A stretch of DNA of 64,000 nucleotides, from contig JANJGN010000052.1 of assembly GCA_026770705.1 (NCBI GenBank), positions 1,984,001 through 2,048,000 of the forward strand, written 5' to 3'. Source of the DNA: Isurus oxyrinchus. Lineage: Eukaryota. This document shows positions 61,301-64,000 of this stretch, piece by piece. The notes under the pieces were generated by a model. The model saw nothing but the letters and a program-made list of their open reading frames with translations. It was not told where the DNA came from and did no database searches. The stretch's first letter is position 1. Each line of letters starts with the position of its first letter. Position numbers and translations under genes: made by a program.

Positions 61301-64000
61301 TTTGAGAGAGAGAGAATGTGTGTGTCTGAGAGAGAGAGTGTGTGTGTGTGAGAGACAGTGTGTGCTTGACAGAAAGAGAGATTGTGTTAGTTTTAGGGAA
61401 AGTGTGTGTGTGTGAGAGAGTGTTTGTGTCTGAGAGAGAGAGACAATGTATTTGAGGGAGGGAGACAGAGAGAATGTGTATGTGAGAGAGAGAGAGAGAG
61501 CAGAAGAGTGCGATAGAGAGAGATTGTGAGTGTTAGATAGAGAATGTGTGTGTGTGAGAGAGAGAGAGAGAGAGCAGAAGAGTGTGATAGAGAGAGATTG
61601 TGAGTGTTAGAGAGAGAATGTGTGTGTGTGTGAGAGAGAGATAGAGCAGAAGAGTGTGATAGAGAGAGATTGTGAGTGTTAGAGAGAGAATGTGTGTGTG
61701 TGAGAGAGAGAGAGATAGAGCAGAAGAGTGTGATAGAGAGAGATTGTGAGTGTTAGAGAGAGAATGTGTGTGTGAGAGAGAGAGAGATAGAGCAGAAGAG
61801 TGTGATAGAGAGAGATTGTGAGTGTTAGAGAGAGAATGTGTGTGTGTGTGAGAGAGAGATAGAGCAGAAGAGTGTGATAGAGAGAGATTGTGAGTGTTAG
61901 AGAGACAATGTGTGTGTGAGAGAGAGAGATAGAGCAGAAGAGTGTGATAGAGAGAGATTGTGAGTGTTAGAGAGAGAATGTGTGTGTGAGAGAGAGAGAG
62001 ATCGAGCAGAAGAGTGTGATAGAGAGAGATTGTGAGTGTTAGAGAGAGAATGTGTGTGTGTGTGAGAGAGAGATAGAGCAGAAGAGTGTGATAGAGAGAG
62101 ATTGTGAGTGTTAGAGAGACAATGTGTGTGTGAGAGAGAGAGAGAGATAGAGCAGAAGAGTGTGATAGAGAGAGATTGTGAGTGTTAGAGAGAGAATGTG
62201 TGTGTGAGAGAGAGAGAGATAGAGAGAGATTGTGAGTGTTTTAGAGAGAATGTGTGTGTGTGAGAGAGAGAGAGAGCAGAAGAGTGTGATAGAGAGAGTT
62301 CTAATCAAATCAAGGTTCGTTCTTTGTTTGTCTTTGGTGGGCTTCCCCAGGTGATTGATGTCTCGTTGTTGTTAATGGGCTCGCATGATGTTTATCATTG
62401 TCTTCCTGCCCAGTAACTAGTTTTGAACTGAAAGCCATTGTATGTGTGGAGTATTGATGGGTTCGCATAATTAAATTGCCGGCCTCAGAAGTTAGGAGCG
62501 ATTATTGATGCAAGATTTAGATGGGCTTCAGTTGCGTGTGAAGTGAAGTCTTTCTCTGGGTTGATTGTATTAAAGGGAAGAATGCGTATTCTGTCTCCTC
62601 TCATTGTCTGGTTTCAGGCCAAACATTCCACACTGCTCTCAATAAGCCCGGACATGTGCAGCCCCAGGCCTTCATGGGCCCAGCCTCCTGTCTGCAGGGT
62701 TTTCCACTTAACTCAGCAGTTTAAAGGTGCAAAAGTGATATCCTTGTTGATGATATGGAAAATGTGGGAATTTTGAGAACCCTTCAAGAGATAGGGAGGG
62801 TTACAGGGGCTGGAGGAGGTTACAGGTATAGGGAGGGGTGTAGGGGTTGAAGGTGGTTACAGAGATGGGGAGGGTTGTGGGGGTTGAAGGTGGTTACAGA
62901 TATAGGGAGGGGTGTAGGGGTTGAAGGTGGTTACAGAGTTGGGGAGGGTTGTGGGGGTTGAAGGTGGTTACAGAGATGGGGAGGGTTGTGGGGGTTGGAG
63001 GTGGTTACAGATATAGGGAGGGGTGTAGGGGTTGAAGGTGGTTACAGAGATGGGGAGGGTTGTAGAGGCAGGTGGAGGCTGCCTTAGGGAGGGTTGTAGG
63101 GGCTGGAGGAAAGGGACAGAGAGAGGAGGTTACAGATATAGGGAGGGAGACAGTCAGAGAGAGAGCGACAGGGAGAGAGAGAGCGATAGAGAGATTGAGA
63201 GACAGACAGAGACTGAGAGAGGGAGAAGAGAGAAGGAGAGTGAGAGAGAGACGGAACAAGTGTGAAAGATGGTGGAAGGGAAGAGTGGGGAGGTGTTGGC
63301 CTGATGGTATTTTCACTGGACCAGTAATCCAGAGACCCAGTGTAATGCTCCTGGGACCCTGGTTAGAATCCCACCACAGCAGTTGGTGGAATTTGAATTC
63401 AATAAAAACCTGGAATTAAAAGTCCGATGATGACCAGGAAACCATTGCTGATTCTTGTATTTGGGTCACAAATGCCCTTTAGGGAGGGAAATCTGCTGTC
63501 CTTACCTGGTCTGGCCTACATGTGACTCCAGGCCCACAGCAATGTGGTTCACTTTTAAAAAGTGGCCTCTGAACAAGGGCAATTAGGGTTGGGCAATAAA
63601 TGCTGGCCTAGGCAGTGATGTCCACATCACATGAAAGAATGAAATAAAAGGACAGAGAGGGACAGACAGAGTCGAGAGACACCCAGAATGAAAAAAACAC
63701 AGTAAACACTGGAAAATAAACATTCTGGTCTGATCTGGTCTTGTATACCTTCAAATGGAACACCAGTAAAACAGGGAAATAAGAGTACTGGGCCAAACTG
63801 TTAGAGAGGGTCACATTTAGAGAGAGAGAGAGAGAGAGAAAGAGGGAGACACTGAAAGAGATAAGGACAAGGAAAGAAAGAGTGAGAGAGAGAGACAGAC
63901 AGAGACACACAAAGAAGTAGAAAGAAAGTGATAGAGATGAAGCAGGAGAGAATGAGGAGAAAGATAGATAGATAGAGAGAGAGGATGGTAGAGAAAGAGA
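58330..64000. repeat. Right arm of the inverted segmental duplication, running off the window end
   Basis: Position 64000 corresponds to 34758 in reverse complement. Confidence 0.9.

Overview
Vertebrate genomic DNA, most likely a cartilaginous fish (inferred from the CR1/L2/tRNA-SINE repertoire and the 33-bp and 37-bp minisatellites), with 5 N-gaps. Manual exon reconstruction shows an innate-immune cluster that the ORF track largely misses. (A) A + strand Siglec-like gene: leader (4971-5010), three tandem V-set exons, one C2 exon, a broken second C2 exon, and a TM exon with an intramembrane Arg and a short tail (activating type). (B) The 3' half of a + strand inhibitory Siglec: three near-identical C2 exons, a neutral TM and an ITIM+ITSM tail (46368-52081), with no leader or V exon of its own. 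(C) A - strand MAG/sialoadhesin-like leader+V relic fused to a Gypsy element. (D) An orphan - strand terminal exon with two YxN motifs (238-354). (E) A complete 3-exon - strand hepcidin gene (33300-28933) whose mature peptide MGRFCRFCCNCCNSRESNETCGLCCRY lacks the ferroportin-binding N-terminus and has an enlarged hairpin loop with an N-glycosylation sequon. A large inverted duplication (about 34.8-45.7 kb vs 58.3-64 kb) flanks module B and predicts a second hepcidin just past the window end. The rest is Gypsy, LTR, CR1, L2, Ingi/Vingi-like and SINE relics plus satellites.
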